Below, piece after piece: positions 37,661 to 50,500 of a stretch of 64,000 nt of DNA (within the stretch, counting starts at the first letter, position 1; the number at the start of each line of letters is the position of its first letter). The stretch comes from Rhina ancylostomus (Eukaryota). The position numbers were made by a program, and so were the translations under genes. The notes under the pieces were generated by a model, which did not search any database, was not told the DNA's origin, and saw nothing but the letters and a program-made list of their open reading frames with translations. The stretch covers positions 26,309,055-26,373,054 of the forward strand of contig JARFYF010000104.1 of assembly GCA_030265395.1 (NCBI GenBank), given 5' to 3'.

Positions 37661-39149
37661 ACTTGTGAAACAGCTGAGCCTTTAGTTTTCTTGCTCAGTG
37701 GCAAGTGCACAGGCAACTGTGCCTCACCCCACTGACACGTATAAAAACAAACCTTACTGCATCCAACAGGACTGCATTAGCAGCCATTAAACAGGCCAGA
37801 CCTCATCATAAGAATTCCTGTTCGAGACGGGTGTTGGAGTGAATAAAAATGATGCGCATAGATCTCAATATGAAGAAAAATGTACTAACAAAAAGGAAAA
37901 GTCACCGCATTGTTCAGATATGTCTCAAAATATTTTGCAATTAATCATTGCCACTAGTCAACAAATTTCACGTCTATAAGTTACTGATAATAAATCTGAT
38001 TCTTATGCAGCTGTGTGTTGTACACCTACATACAGAATAAAATAAATGATCAGGTAATCCATTTTACATTTGTATTAGTTGAGGGAATACTGGCCAAGAG
38101 GCTAGATGATAAACATTGAACAGGACATATCCAATACCTGGATAACAGGTACAAATCATTTACAACCTACAACAGTTAAAATTATCATTGTATATTACAA
38201 TATTGTGAGGTAAAATGTCACAAAAAGCCAAGCTTCATCATCTAGCAACCATCTCTACTGAGAATAAAGCTGTTGCTGGTGCCTCTGTCACTATCACTTT
38301 GTGCAGAATGCTCTGGTAGACAAGGTTAATCAAGGACACTAGTGCTCATTCCCTCTCTCAGCCTTTGTTATCTTGCAGTGTACAAGCAACTCAAAATTCA
38401 TATGAAGACAGCCTCTTAACACATAATCTACAGAAAATTGACATTAGAAATTACTTATGAATGCATTCAGGGAAATTACTTGGACCTGGAAACCTGCTAA
38501 TCCTCAGAGCAGGAACATATCTAAAAAATGTATTATCATTATATACATGCAATGACTTTTCTTTTTGTGAATACATTTTCCCTCAGGTTGAGATGTTCTA
38601 AACACATTGTTTTGATTTCTTCCAACATTCCAAATAGTATTTCTTATGATGAGCTATTCTTGCTTCTTTGGTTATGGTTAAGGGTTGCTAATGTAGGGCT
38701 GTCAAGACCATTCCGTTTTGTACAGGTACGAGTTTATTTTGAAAGAGGGATTGGATGGTTAGTGGGAATTCCACAGGGACACTGGCATTGTGTAGTGTTT
38801 TCTGATGACTAGCCTCAGTCAACACTATTGTTATGTTACCAGTATTTCATAATGACCTCGAGGCATAACCCTTGTAATGAAGTTTCAATTTAATAAATTT
38901 CATTGCAACTAAAGCTGTATTGATTGAATAAAATGCACAAGAAACAGATGTAAGTAATTCAACAAATCATACAACATGATTACATGTTACTAATAACTTT
39001 CAGCAAATGAGGATCAGCAATTTTGCTTTTTATGACCTTCACTGATAATCTAGTAATCAATTTCAGGCACATCTTTCAGAGCTCCTTAGCTGCTAGTTAC
39101 CAGCAAGAGCTGAGGGCAAGTAAAGTAACTCCAAAGAAGATCTGTCCTT

Positions 39150-40745
39150 GTGAGTAACCTTCTTCTTCACTTGCAGTCCCTTGGGATCAAGGACATCATG
39201 CTTTCAATCCAGTTTTGTTGGCTCTGAGGTGGCTGATGAGGCCAGATATACAGCAGGTGGGCGGGTGGGTTGTTTAGGAGATAGTGTACTCCTTCCACCA
39301 TTTACACTGGGTTTCTATGGGCTCCTGGAGAGTGGACTTGAGGTTTTCAATACCATCTTGAATGCTCCATTTGCAATTTTGTTGTCATGGGCCAGGGACT
39401 CCCAGGAGTCAGTGGAGATATTGCACTTTTTGGGAATATCCTTAACAGGTTCCTCTGTCTACCCAGTAAATTCTTGCTCAGATAGAATGTCACCTACACA
39501 TGACAGGCACTGATGACTGCTGGACTGCTACTGCCTAGCCTGCTCTGTTATTTTCGTCAGCCTGGTTCCAAAACAATGGTGGCCAATGGTAATGTTACCT
39601 CAAGAAAATTAATACTGAAGGTCTCAAGGACACTTCAAAGAGAACTTCTCTCAGTCAGCACATCACAAACAACTAACCAACAGGAGCCACAGAGTGTCCA
39701 TAGTGTCTGGATTGCCCTGAAGCCCAACACAGTAAGCGCCTGTGAAAAGACTCAACCTCATTACCAAAAAACACCAGAGCTGCTTTGATGAGAACAACCA
39801 GGAGATCCAGCAGTTAATTAATTGTGCAGTGTTCCTGGATTGGAAGCTCCAGCATGCCTCAAGAGAAAAGAAACAGCTCTGCATGCACCTGAAGGTAGAG
39901 GTCCAATAGGAAACCAATGACCTGAAAAACACGGTGGGTGGAAACAGTGGAGAAGGTCCAGCGACTGATAACCCTGGTATGCAGTGATTTTTCAGTGATG
40001 CCAAGAACAAATATGATTCAAACACCCAAGGGCCTACCCCACTGAAAGCCAAGAGCAGAGGTAAACTTATCAAGGATAGAGAAGAACCTGCTGGAAGAAA
40101 NNNNNNNNNNNNNNNNNNNNNNNNNNNNNNNNNNNNNNNNNNNNNNNNNNNNNNNNNNNNNNNNNNNNNNNNNNNNNNNNNNNNNNNNNNNNNNNNNNNN
40201 ACTGAAAGCCAAGAGCAGAGATAAACTTATCAAGGATAGAGAAGAACCTGCTGGAAGAAATTGTTCAAAGAGCTCCTCACCATGATTCTCTCTTTAACAT
40301 GAATGTCCTTGACTCCACAGCAAACTATCTGGTCCAGCTTCTTCACCACAGACTGACAAAAAGTGAAAAAGGCCATATGCCCACTGCAAAAGAACAAGGC
40401 CTCAAAAGCATGTGGTGTCCCCAATCAACTTCTAAAACTTAGTGGAGAAGAATTCCAAATACAAATTCACAACCTCATCTCTGGAAAGAGAAGGACATCC
40501 AGGGGATCTCAAAGATGCTTTAATCAAGGCCATCCTCAGGAAAGGAGACAAGTCTGATTGTGGTAAAAAGGGGCTTCTCTGCTGTCTGCCATAGGGAAAG
40601 TCATGGCCAGCATCTTCCTCAGCTGCCCACTCCCAGTGGCCAAAGAGCTGCTCTCTGAATCAGAGCTTGAACTCCATCCATCTTGATGTACATTGGACAG
40701 GATCTTCACTTCATATCACCTCCAAGAGAAATGCAGCGAGTAACC
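39150..40745 (+). mobile_element. RTE-clade LINE remnant (pre-RT/RT N-terminal region, + ~39500-40745), preceded by an inverted RTE 3' fragment
   Basis: ORF 40363..40557 KKAICPLQKNKASKACGVPNQLLKLSGEE (degenerate KAPGPDG motif), then KGDKSDCG and LLSAIGKV-like sequence. Many stops and frameshifts. Confidence 0.7.
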
Positions 40746-41214
40746 TCAATAATGAACATGATATAGTATGTAATGATACATGACAGAAAATTTAAAGTTC
40801 AGTTTAAAGAAAAATCATCAGTAAAGATAGAAAAATAAAGGCAATTGGGAATATAATAATGAACTACATTTATCTCCTTGTACTCAGTACACTTGGTTCT
40901 CAGGGTTTCTCAGAGTCTCTAAGTTTCAGCAATGAGCAATCTTTTGATAAAGCATCACTCTTTCTCCTGAGGGCATCAGCTGACTCATTTCATTCATCAT
41001 TCATGAAGCAGAATATTCATCAATATCTCACAAGACCCAAGAGAGGCCTGGAGAGGCTTGAGTCATTTCAGCAACATAATTGTGTCTATTTAACCAATGA
41101 ATGGCTTCAAAATATAATTATAGAGCTTTTAAAAAGATACACATTTTCTGACTTTAATCCAAATTGGAGTGCAGTTTATAAACAGACATCAGTTACTTCT
41201 TCAGAACTTTAAAC

Positions 41215-41630
41215 CAACTAAGCTCAGTTTGTTCATCATATAATTTTTTTGTCGACTGCCAGTAGACTTGATTTCAAATCAGAAGTGGTAAGTAGTATTT
41301 CTGTTACAAAACTTCAGTGGAATATTGAAGGATAGCTGTGCTATCAGAGGTTCTACCTTTTGGATGAGATGTTGAACTGGGGGCCTGGGTGAGCATTAAC
41401 GACCGCATGGTATTTTTGAAAGCACTGTGGGGAGTTCTCTTGGATCACGTCCAAATATTTCTCCTTCAAAAATATCAGTCAAAACACTGGTCATTCATCT
41501 CACTTGCTGCCTGTGAAACAGAATGCAACCTGACCTGTTTACAGAAGTGATTTGAATCCAATGGATATGAAGTGGTCAGCGACATCCTGAGCAATAACGT
41601 TAAGATCACATATAGGTGTAAGTTCTGTGT
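41215..41630 (+). mobile_element. SacSINE1/DeuSINE-like SINE
   Basis: cagtggaatattgaagga...tcagaggt...cttttggatgagatgttgaac...ggggagttctc...ccaaatattt...ctggtcattcatctcac resembles the recalled Deu domain. Confidence 0.6.
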
Positions 41631-41829
41631 TACCTCACCATTCTAAAGCAGAACAGGGGCTCCTGGAGGTCTAAATGGGCTGAAGAGTATGATTTATGCT
41701 CTCATCTTTGCTTCTTGAGCTCTTTCTGTTTTAGCTTCGTTCTCTCTTATTTTTTTAAAATATTTATTATTTTAATGGGCTTTCCCAATGATTTATTCCA
41801 ATCATTTATGACTATAACTACAAAATGTA

Positions 41830-43150
41830 CCTCAATGATGTCCCTTTTCATTCAACTTTGAAAAAATGGTCTGTACTTTTTGAATCTAAAAATAAAAAAT
41901 ACTGCAGAGATCAAATGTTGATCTGCATTTGTTTTCTTTTAGGCAGTGAACATACTCATTTATTTTTAATTCTTCCAAGCATGGCTAAACCAAGGTTTAG
42001 CGCAACTTCCCAACTTTTCAGTTCTATTCCTCTAGATATAAATTCCAGTGCTTGGTTTGGTGTTTTTATGGACGTGGTAAACTTTGGCTCAACTTTTAGT
42101 AAATGGTGTATTTGTTCTTCCTGATCCCTCTGTTCCACTACCCCATTGACTCACAAATTCCAAACGGTCAGTCACCTCCCTATTCTTGCCTTTTTTCGCA
42201 AAATACATTTTTCCTGCACTTTGTTAAACATTTATATTTTAAATTGTTGCTCTATTTTTTGTTTTGCCAATATTGTTTACCATTTAATCTTTTCAATCAT
42301 GATCAGCTTTTCCTCTATGATAATGATTTTCATCATACTATATACTGTATTAATGCCACCACTGATTTTCTCTGCTCTGGTTTCTTCTCCTTCGCAAGAT
42401 CCAATAGTAAGGTGGTCATTGTTCGGCTTTTATAACATAGTCAAACTCCCTATGATTATTAGTTCGTTTTTAAAAACTTATTTCCCTATTTTGTCTGCAC
42501 ATTAATTGCTCAAACTCTCTACCACTATTTAGTGGCTTGTAGAACAAACCTATTAGTATCATTCATTCTTTATTATTTTTTAATTTCTATCAGTAAGAAT
42601 TTTAAATTGGAACAGATTGCTGGAAATGTTCAGCAGATCAGGCTGCATCTGTGGAGAGAGAAACAGAGTTAATGTTTTAGGATGATGACCTTTCATCAGA
42701 TCCTATTTTTGTTTTCATCATGGATATGTCTCTTTCCTCTACTGTCATTATGTTATTCTTAATAGTTACTGATGCTCCACCTTCACCTTTTCCTTTTCCA
42801 TCTTTTCTAACTATGTTATACTGTGCATTGTTCAATTTCCGGTTCTTTTTTTTGACAAACCTCAGTAACCCATACAACATCTGATTTCTCCAGTGCTTGA
42901 CTGTCTCCAGCTTCCGTTTTATTACAGATGCTGTAAAGCTTGCTGTATAGACAAATTAACTCACTTTTGTTGCATTTCCTCTCACTTCATGGTTAATCAT
43001 TTTACTAGATTACTGTTCTTTAACACCTATCAATATTCTCCTTTACTTCATTCTCTCATTTACCCTCTTTTCCTGTTTTGCTCATATTTAGGCTGCCTAT
43101 GTTTCTTGTAGCTCCTATAATTCCTTCCTCTTTATTAATTGCAGATCTGT
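41830..43150 (-). mobile_element. Old CR1 fragments (endonuclease and RT C-terminal pieces) interrupted by a Penelope tail at ~42605-42702
   Basis: ORF 41956..42138 ALEFISRGIELKSWEVALNL; ORF 42677..42880 RKDGKGKGEGGASVTIKNNI. Confidence 0.6.
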
Positions 43151-46100
43151 CACTCCTTCAATGTAAGCTCAAGGAATTTCCAACTTTGCAATTTACAGTA
43201 CTGAGAACTCAACCATAAATTTCACAAATTCAGGTAATCAGTCATTTTGATCTAACCTTGCATCTTACGTTCCCAGCAGTTGGATTTTTTTTCTCTCTCC
43301 TCTGGCGGCATTCAAATTACATTTGTCCCCTATGTGCACCCTCACCAACTATATCCTTATTTATCTACCATGTTATACCAACCTCTTTCAGCTGGCAGCA
43401 ATATCACCACATCATTCAAGCTCTCCAGTTCTCCATCCCATCACAGATCTCTCCTTTTGCTCTCTCCAGCCCTCTTCCCTGTCTCTGCAACTATGAACTT
43501 GTTTCATTTCATCTCAAACATTTCCGAGATCTGATTTACATCATCCAAGATCAAATGTGAAGAAATTCGTCAGAATTAACCATCAATGTCTTGACCTAAA
43601 ACTTTAACTCTGTTTCTCCCCAACCCTAACCTTGACTTACTGAGTATTTCAAGAACTTTCTGTTTCTGTTTCCTATTTATTGAACTACTGGCGTGGGCAA
43701 ACATCATGGAACTGCAGGAACTGCAAAAAGCTTACATTTGCTAAAGACACAAGCCTAGATTTGTAAATTGACATGCTTATCCATGTTTAAATTAAGCATT
43801 ATGGGCAAGCTTTAGGCAAGAAATAATGAAGCAAATGTCTACAATATTTGTCAAGGGTTTCTGCCTTGGGTGATAAGTAACTCCTGCTGGAATGACACAG
43901 ATGAGTGCCAGCTTCAAGATTCTAGACAGTAAAGCATTTATGTGTTTGAAAAACTGTGTCTGATTCCACACACATGACTTGTGGGTCATAAGTTACAATT
44001 TTCCAGAAGGAAACATTGGAATAGAGTGAAGCTAGATTTTTGAGTGAGCTTTTCTGCTCACCAGCCTGGAGACACATATTAATTGCAGATCACTGGGGTT
44101 GAAATCAGCTAATTAAGAAAAGACTAGAGATTAAACTAAAGTCCATCCTGATCTTAATGGGTTGTTTCTACACTAGCCACAACATTTATTCATTAATCAT
44201 CAGGGAAGTTCATTACAAGAAAATGTTTATAATGAACTGCCATTACAGTATTCACTGTCAATGCTTCCATTATATACTTTTCTATGATTATAACCAATGA
44301 CTTTGTTTATGGGATATGATTAAATAGGTGTTTTGTTCTGAATGTGTAAGGGAATATCAGACAGCACCCTACTGAACATCATAACTGTAAGAACCAGATA
44401 ATTAGAGCACACTGGTAGAATAAAAACACCAGTCTTCATTTTGCAATTATTGTGAAAATTTATGGTATTCTTAATAAAGATTAGGATCTGTCACAATGTT
44501 GAGCAAGGAGCAAGCTCACAGAGAACCCAAATGCAGCACACCAATNNNNNNNNNNNNNNNNNNNNNNNNNNNNNNNNNNNNNNNNNNNNNNNNNNNNNNN
44601 NNNNNNNNNNNNNNNNNNNNNNNNNNNNNNNNNNNNNNNNNNNNNGGAATCCATGTGCTGGACAACAAGGCATTAATGGAGCCAAATGAGGGTCAGAACT
44701 TCAGAACCATGACAGGATCATTAAAACTCTACAATTAATTAACTTTTAAATAGGATTTAAAGATGAATTGCCAATCTAATTTTGATTCCTTTCCCTCCTG
44801 TAACTTGTCCAAAGGTAAATATCAGTGTTATTCATTAATGTTGACCAGAAGCAAAAGAAAATCCTGAACCATAGCTCTGCACCACTGAATCACTGAATGG
44901 TTATGGCATGGAAGGAAGTAATTTCACCCATCCAGTCCATGCTGCCTCCATGTATGAGATATCCAGCTTTGCTCCATCACCCCACAGTTCTGAAAATTAT
45001 TTCCTTTCAGAAAATTATCATGCTCCCTTGAACACTAACTGAATCTGCCTTCACTGTTACTTCTGGCAGTTCATTCCAGACTGTAACAACCTGTTGCATA
45101 AGAAAAATTGTACATTTTTTTTTGCCAGTTACCTTTATTTCATGACCCCTGGTTCTTGACACTTCTGCCAATAGGAACAGTTTCTCTTTATGTGTTCTGT
45201 CTGCACCCTTTATAATCTTAAATGATGCAGAAAAATATCAACAGCAATTCTGATTATTTATTATTTGATCATGCAAATATAGTTGATTTACATTATCCAA
45301 AGGTAAGATGTTAAGAAACTCATTAATGTTAACCACAACCATGCATTGTTGAAACCAACCAATTAAAAACACATCCTTCAATCAAGAGTCATTGAAGGAG
45401 TTCATCCAAGATGACTTAATATAACAATGATGAAGTGCTGAACCTTTCTAAAACATTATTTTGGGAGAATTTAACAAGAAGTTCCCTGGCTTGATGTGTA
45501 TGAAGCATTAAATGAGCCTTATTACCAAAGTTCTGTGCCACATCTGTATAATTAAGTTGCCAAGGAGCAGGGTCCTGGCATAATCTGGCTTCTCTGAACT
45601 CAAGTTTTGCTAATCACCGGGTTTCATTTGTTCAGCCCACGATCAACTTTGAGAAGATTTGAAGTAGCAACTGGTCCCTTGCTTTCACTGCAAATCAAAA
45701 ACATCCAACCAAATGTCTCTCCCCTATTAATTCATTTTGCTCCACTGTGAAGGGATTCAGTTCCAAACACAGTTGTATTGGAAAAATAGCAAATGAAACT
45801 GATTTATTAGTGACAAGTTTACCAGTTACAAAGAACGGCCTCAAATGAAATAAATTCTGTTTAATATATGCAGCATATTTTCCTTCCAGTATGTGTTGTG
45901 AAATGAAGGAGCTGTAAATTCAATTAAAATGGGTTTGTTATACAAGTCGTCACCATGTATTTAGAATACAGCTTGCCATCAATGCATAATTTATGAATCT
46001 GCCATTTTGCGAGTAGCTCATACTCTCAGCGATGCACCCAGAATATTCAAGTAAAACACTGGGTAGTCCTAGTGCTTAAAATGGCAGCTATACCAATATC

Positions 46101-46165
46101 AAGTGGAGTAACTGCTCCATTCAATACAAATATGCTGCAAGTGTCAGGAAGGGTTAGGATTAGAT

Positions 46166-46458
46166 ATTATTTATTAGTCACTTGTACATCGAAACACACA
46201 GTGAAATGTATCTTTCTGCATTACTGTGAATGTGCAGGAGGCTGCCCACAAGTGTCACCACTCTTCTGGCGCCAACAATAGCATGCCCACAGCTCCTGAC
46301 CTGTATGTCTTTGGAATGTGGGAGGAAACCGGAGCAACTGGAGGAAACCCACACAGACACGCAGATAACATACAAACTCCTTATAGACAGCAGCGGAATT
46401 GAACCCGGGTCTCTGGTGCTGTGATAATGTTACACTAACCGCTACACTACCGTGCCAC
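46166..46458 (-). mobile_element. tRNA-derived V-SINE (HE1-related)
   Basis: GGCACGGTAGTGTAGCGGTTAG (A box), GGGTTCAATTCC (B box), V-domain GGAGTTTGTATGTT...GTGGGTTTCCTCC...CCGGTTTCCTCCCACATTCCAAAGAC. Possible TSD attagat at 46159-46165 and 46460-46466. Confidence 0.88.
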
Positions 46459-46789
46459 AATTAGATTAACATTAATCCATATGAACTTTTCTGACTTGTC
46501 AAAGCTTTGTAAATTTCTTTCTTTAAAAAAAATCGAACAGTCCAAGTTGGAAGTTTGCACACAGTAGCCATGCATTTGGAAAATCCCACTGTGACTTGGT
46601 AGGACAGGATAGATTTCCCAGATTATGGGATGTAGCAATATTGTAAACTGGTGTGCAACAGCTCTCTACCAAGCATACAGCATTTCTATAGGTGCAGTAG
46701 TTTTCAGACAAAATCCATATTTATTTTCAGATATAAAACATGATATTTCTCTCAAAATCAAAATATTTTATTACAGCAATTGAAAAAAA

Positions 46790-47000
46790 TAAAATAAAAC
46801 TGCAGATCAGGCAACATCTGTGGAAAGAGACACAGTTAGTGTTTTATCAGAAGGGTCTTAAACCTAAAATGCCAACTGTTTCTCTTTCTACGGATGCTGC
46901 CAGATCTGCCGGGTATTTCCAACATTTTATGTTTTTATTTCAATCAACATTTCAGGTCCATAACCCTTCATCAGATGAAGGGTCCTGGATCTGAAACTTC
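46790..47000. mobile_element. Two adjacent fold-back Penelope-tail structures
   Basis: Arms 46802-46844 and ~46867-46909; arms 46950-46972 and 46974-46996. Confidence 0.75.
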
Positions 47001-47219
47001 ATCTATTATTACATCAATGCTGATCAGATAAATTATGTGAGTGGATGTGGTAAGTTTGTGCCTCTGCATCTCGCCTTGTGCTTCACAGGAGGAAAAATTG
47101 ACTTGAGAGGGCTGTTTCTCCATGTTACCAATTCCCTTGCTTTTCTTAAAATCATTCCCGAAGGTGGTAACACCTTCCAGGATCTGGCTCCACAGTGGTG
47201 ATAAACTAGCTGACATTCA

Positions 47220-47548
47220 GGGGCAACAGAGCTGCTGCCTCATAGCTCCAGTGATCCGGGTTCAGCTCTAACAGTCGGTGTGGAGTTGTATGTTCTCCCT
47301 GTGACTATGTGGGTTTCCCCTAGGTGCTCCAGCTTCCTCCCACATCCCAAAGATGTGTGGGCTGTTACATCAATTGTCACTGTAAATTATCTCTTGTGTG
47401 CAGATGAGTGGAAGAATCTGAAGGGAAGTTGAATCGAATATGGGGAAAGTAAAATGAGATTAGTGTGGGATTAGTGTAAATGAATGTTTGATGGCTGGTG
47501 TGGGCCTGGTGGGCTGAAGTGTTTTTTTCTATACTGTATGACTCTATT
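47220..47548 (+). mobile_element. HE1-type V-SINE with CR1-like tail
   Basis: agagctgctgcctca...ccgggttc...tgtggagttgtatgttctccctgtgact.tgtgggtttccc...ttcctcccacatcccaaaga, ending tgggctgaag...tactgtatgactcta. Confidence 0.85.
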
Positions 47549-50500
47549 CCTTAGGCATGAGTCTAATAATGTGACAGTAAACTACTTGATCAAAAGAAAC
47601 ATTGTAAATGAATCTTCTGCAGTTCTTACCCAACATCCTCAAACAAAAACCAGGGGGGGTGAATGAGAGTAGAACTATGTAAATCTCCAGAGAGGAAGAC
47701 CCAGCAGCTGTTCCCCCTCCCTATACAGGGGAGCTGTGAGCTTCATGTGATATAAATGACCTCAACTTACCCATGCTGCTTGTTAACCATCTTTACTCCA
47801 GAACAAATGCAAAGTTATTAGTCTCCAATTAGATGCCNNNNNNNNNNNNNNNNNNNNNNNNNNNNNNNNNNNNNNNNNNNNNNNNNNNNNNNNNNNNNNN
47901 NNNNNNNNNNNNNNNNNNNNNNNNNNNNNNNNNNNNNNNNNNNNNNNNNNNNNNNNNNNNNNNNNNNNNNNNNNNNNNNNNNNNNNNNNNNNNNNNNNNN
48001 NNNNNNNNNNNNNNNNNNNNNNNNNNNNNNNNNNNNNNNNNNNNNNNNNNNNNNNNNNNNNNNNNNNNNNNNNNNNNNNNNNNNNNNNNNNNNNNNNNNN
48101 NNNNNNNNNNNNNNNNNNNNNNNNNNNNNNNNNNNNNNNNNNNNNNNNNNNNNNNNNNNNNNNNNNNNNNNNNNNNNNNNNNNNNNNNNNNNNNNNNNNN
48201 NNNNNNNNNNNNNNNNNNNNNNNNNNNNNCTACTTTCTGGGGAATAAAGCTGTAGTCTACACAACCTCTCCTTGTAACTCAGGCTCCAAATCCAGGCAAC
48301 ATTCTGGTAAATCTTTTCTGCATGCTTTCTAGGTTAATAATATCTTTCCTATAATAGGGTGACCCAAGTTACTTTTCACATGTCAATTTGTTTCACTATG
48401 TGATATCTAAAAGACTGATGTTTGCAAACCTTAACACACTAAATAATTTAGTGTTTTCTGATGTAAGTAATGGTAACATTTGGCTAGATGATTTTGCTAA
48501 GGAGCAATGACCCATTAATATACAGAGATCTGCAAAGCAAGTTAACAAATGAGACTGTTCACAAATATAAATGCATTGACAGCACCATTGATAATCTTTC
48601 TAGTTCATCAAATGTAACACTGCAAGCATTTCCATTTTCCCTGTTAGTCTATGAGTATCCAATAGATATACAATACAACACAAAGCTCAGGAAGGTGGAC
48701 AAGGAAAGGAAGCAGGTGTCTTCCACCAATGTCTTTTTCATGAGTAATGCTCGACCACTGCTTTCCCTAATGATCAAAATTGACCTTGATGCTTCCCCAA
48801 ACCTAATACACGGATGTGCCTCTTCACCATGTTTTTTGTTATAAATGGCCTTCATTGTTCATAAATCTCAACAATAACATTCCAGCAACAAAATTCCTTC
48901 ATTGATCACTGAATTCCAATTATAAAAATACAAAGATGTATCTTTGCAACTAATTTGCATCCAGCTCTGGATCAATGGTCACTCAATAAATTGAATGATT
49001 GATCTATAACCATGTTCTGCAGGCCAGAGATTCCAGGTTTGACCGTAATTCTATGCTGAGTGAACACAGTTGTGTAATCTGTCAAGACCTGTAGAGATGT
49101 AAGATGTGCCCTTGACGTCACTTGTAGGGGCTGTATAAATCAGTTGGATATTGTGTTTCAGTCCAGTAAATTCTGTTGCATCATTCAAGGTGTGAGGAAA
49201 GAACTCTAAATAGCCACTGGGCCCCAGTAACCCAAGACGATACACCAATCCGAGCAATAAAGTGAAGGAATATTTGGAGTTAGACTTGCATCATAACAAA
49301 ATAACAGTAAGTATCTTAAGCAAAATATAACTGTACATGTCTTAAAAGCAACCTGCCTTTGCTGAAATTGGGACTTTGCCTACTCACATGACGGTTGGTT
49401 TTAATTTCATAATAATGCTTTTAAATTGTAAAAGCCAAGTTTAAAAAAATAAAGCAGTGATAAGGCATTGCATTCCAAACCGTTCCTGCCCCATTAGAAG
49501 ATGGTGAATCTTACACACAGGACAACAAAATTGTTTAATAGTCGATCAATGCATTGACAATTTGTTTCTCAGAAAAATGATTGATTCCTTTAAATCAATT
49601 TGTTCTGATAAATTGAATTATCAAAAATTGTGCAATTTTTGAAATAAATTAGCAATTACAACGTGAAGAAACAATTTCCTCTGCTTGCTGTTCATTGGGA
49701 AATCTATCACTGTCCAATAAAATTAAGAATCTAAAAAAAATGTCCCTCATTGACTATGTGATCTCATGAAAATTAGTCCCCTATCACAATTACTAGAAAA
49801 ATAATGGGAAAATGTTTCTGCAAATAATGTTGTGCTAATAACACATGCTGTTATTCAAGTGCAAAACAGCCAGTAAATTCAGGGATTAGGTGACAGCCAT
49901 GGAGGGCAAACCTCCACAAGTTATCTGTTCAGCTGTTTGCTTTGCACAAGTGGCACCTCACTCACAGCCTATCAGTTATTTTTAGGCCTAACCGGATAAG
50001 CTCACTAATTGCATATATATTAAAGTTTATTAAGAAATAATATATGGACCTTCTTAATAAGATGGCAATTTTTAATGCAATGGCAATCTTTCTTTGGCCT
50101 GGAAAGCAAACATTTGATGTTTCATTGTTGCATTAATTATCAGAGATTAGAGAAGTTCATACGCGACTCATTGTCATTTTGAGCCCTTGGTTACAAATCT
50201 AGGTAAGAGCCCATCTGTTGTTTCCCTCTAGGGCTACAGAGATGTATCTGAGAGAAAATTATTTAACATAGACTTCATTAGATGCATATTGTAGGTTTAC
50301 AGGTACTTTTCATGGGGTTCCCATTCTCAGAGGGTATACATTTATAGCTAATTTTGTTTTTGCATAGTTTATCAAGTCATTGCCCTCAAATCACTCTTAC
50401 CACGACTTCATCCCCATTTAAGAGCTCATAAGGTCTCCGATCTTAATGGAGGTTTGAAGTGATATTTTCAGTTTATCCAAGCTAGTGCTAAAGTCTNNNN

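Noticed and set aside
40041-40260. 60-bp direct repeat flanking a 100-N gap
   Set aside because: Copies differ by one base and abut the gap on both sides, typical of an unmerged contig overlap (heterozygous site) rather than a real duplication.
46380-46458. tRNA gene
   Set aside because: A and B boxes run directly into a V-domain, so this is a SINE head, not a cloverleaf gene.
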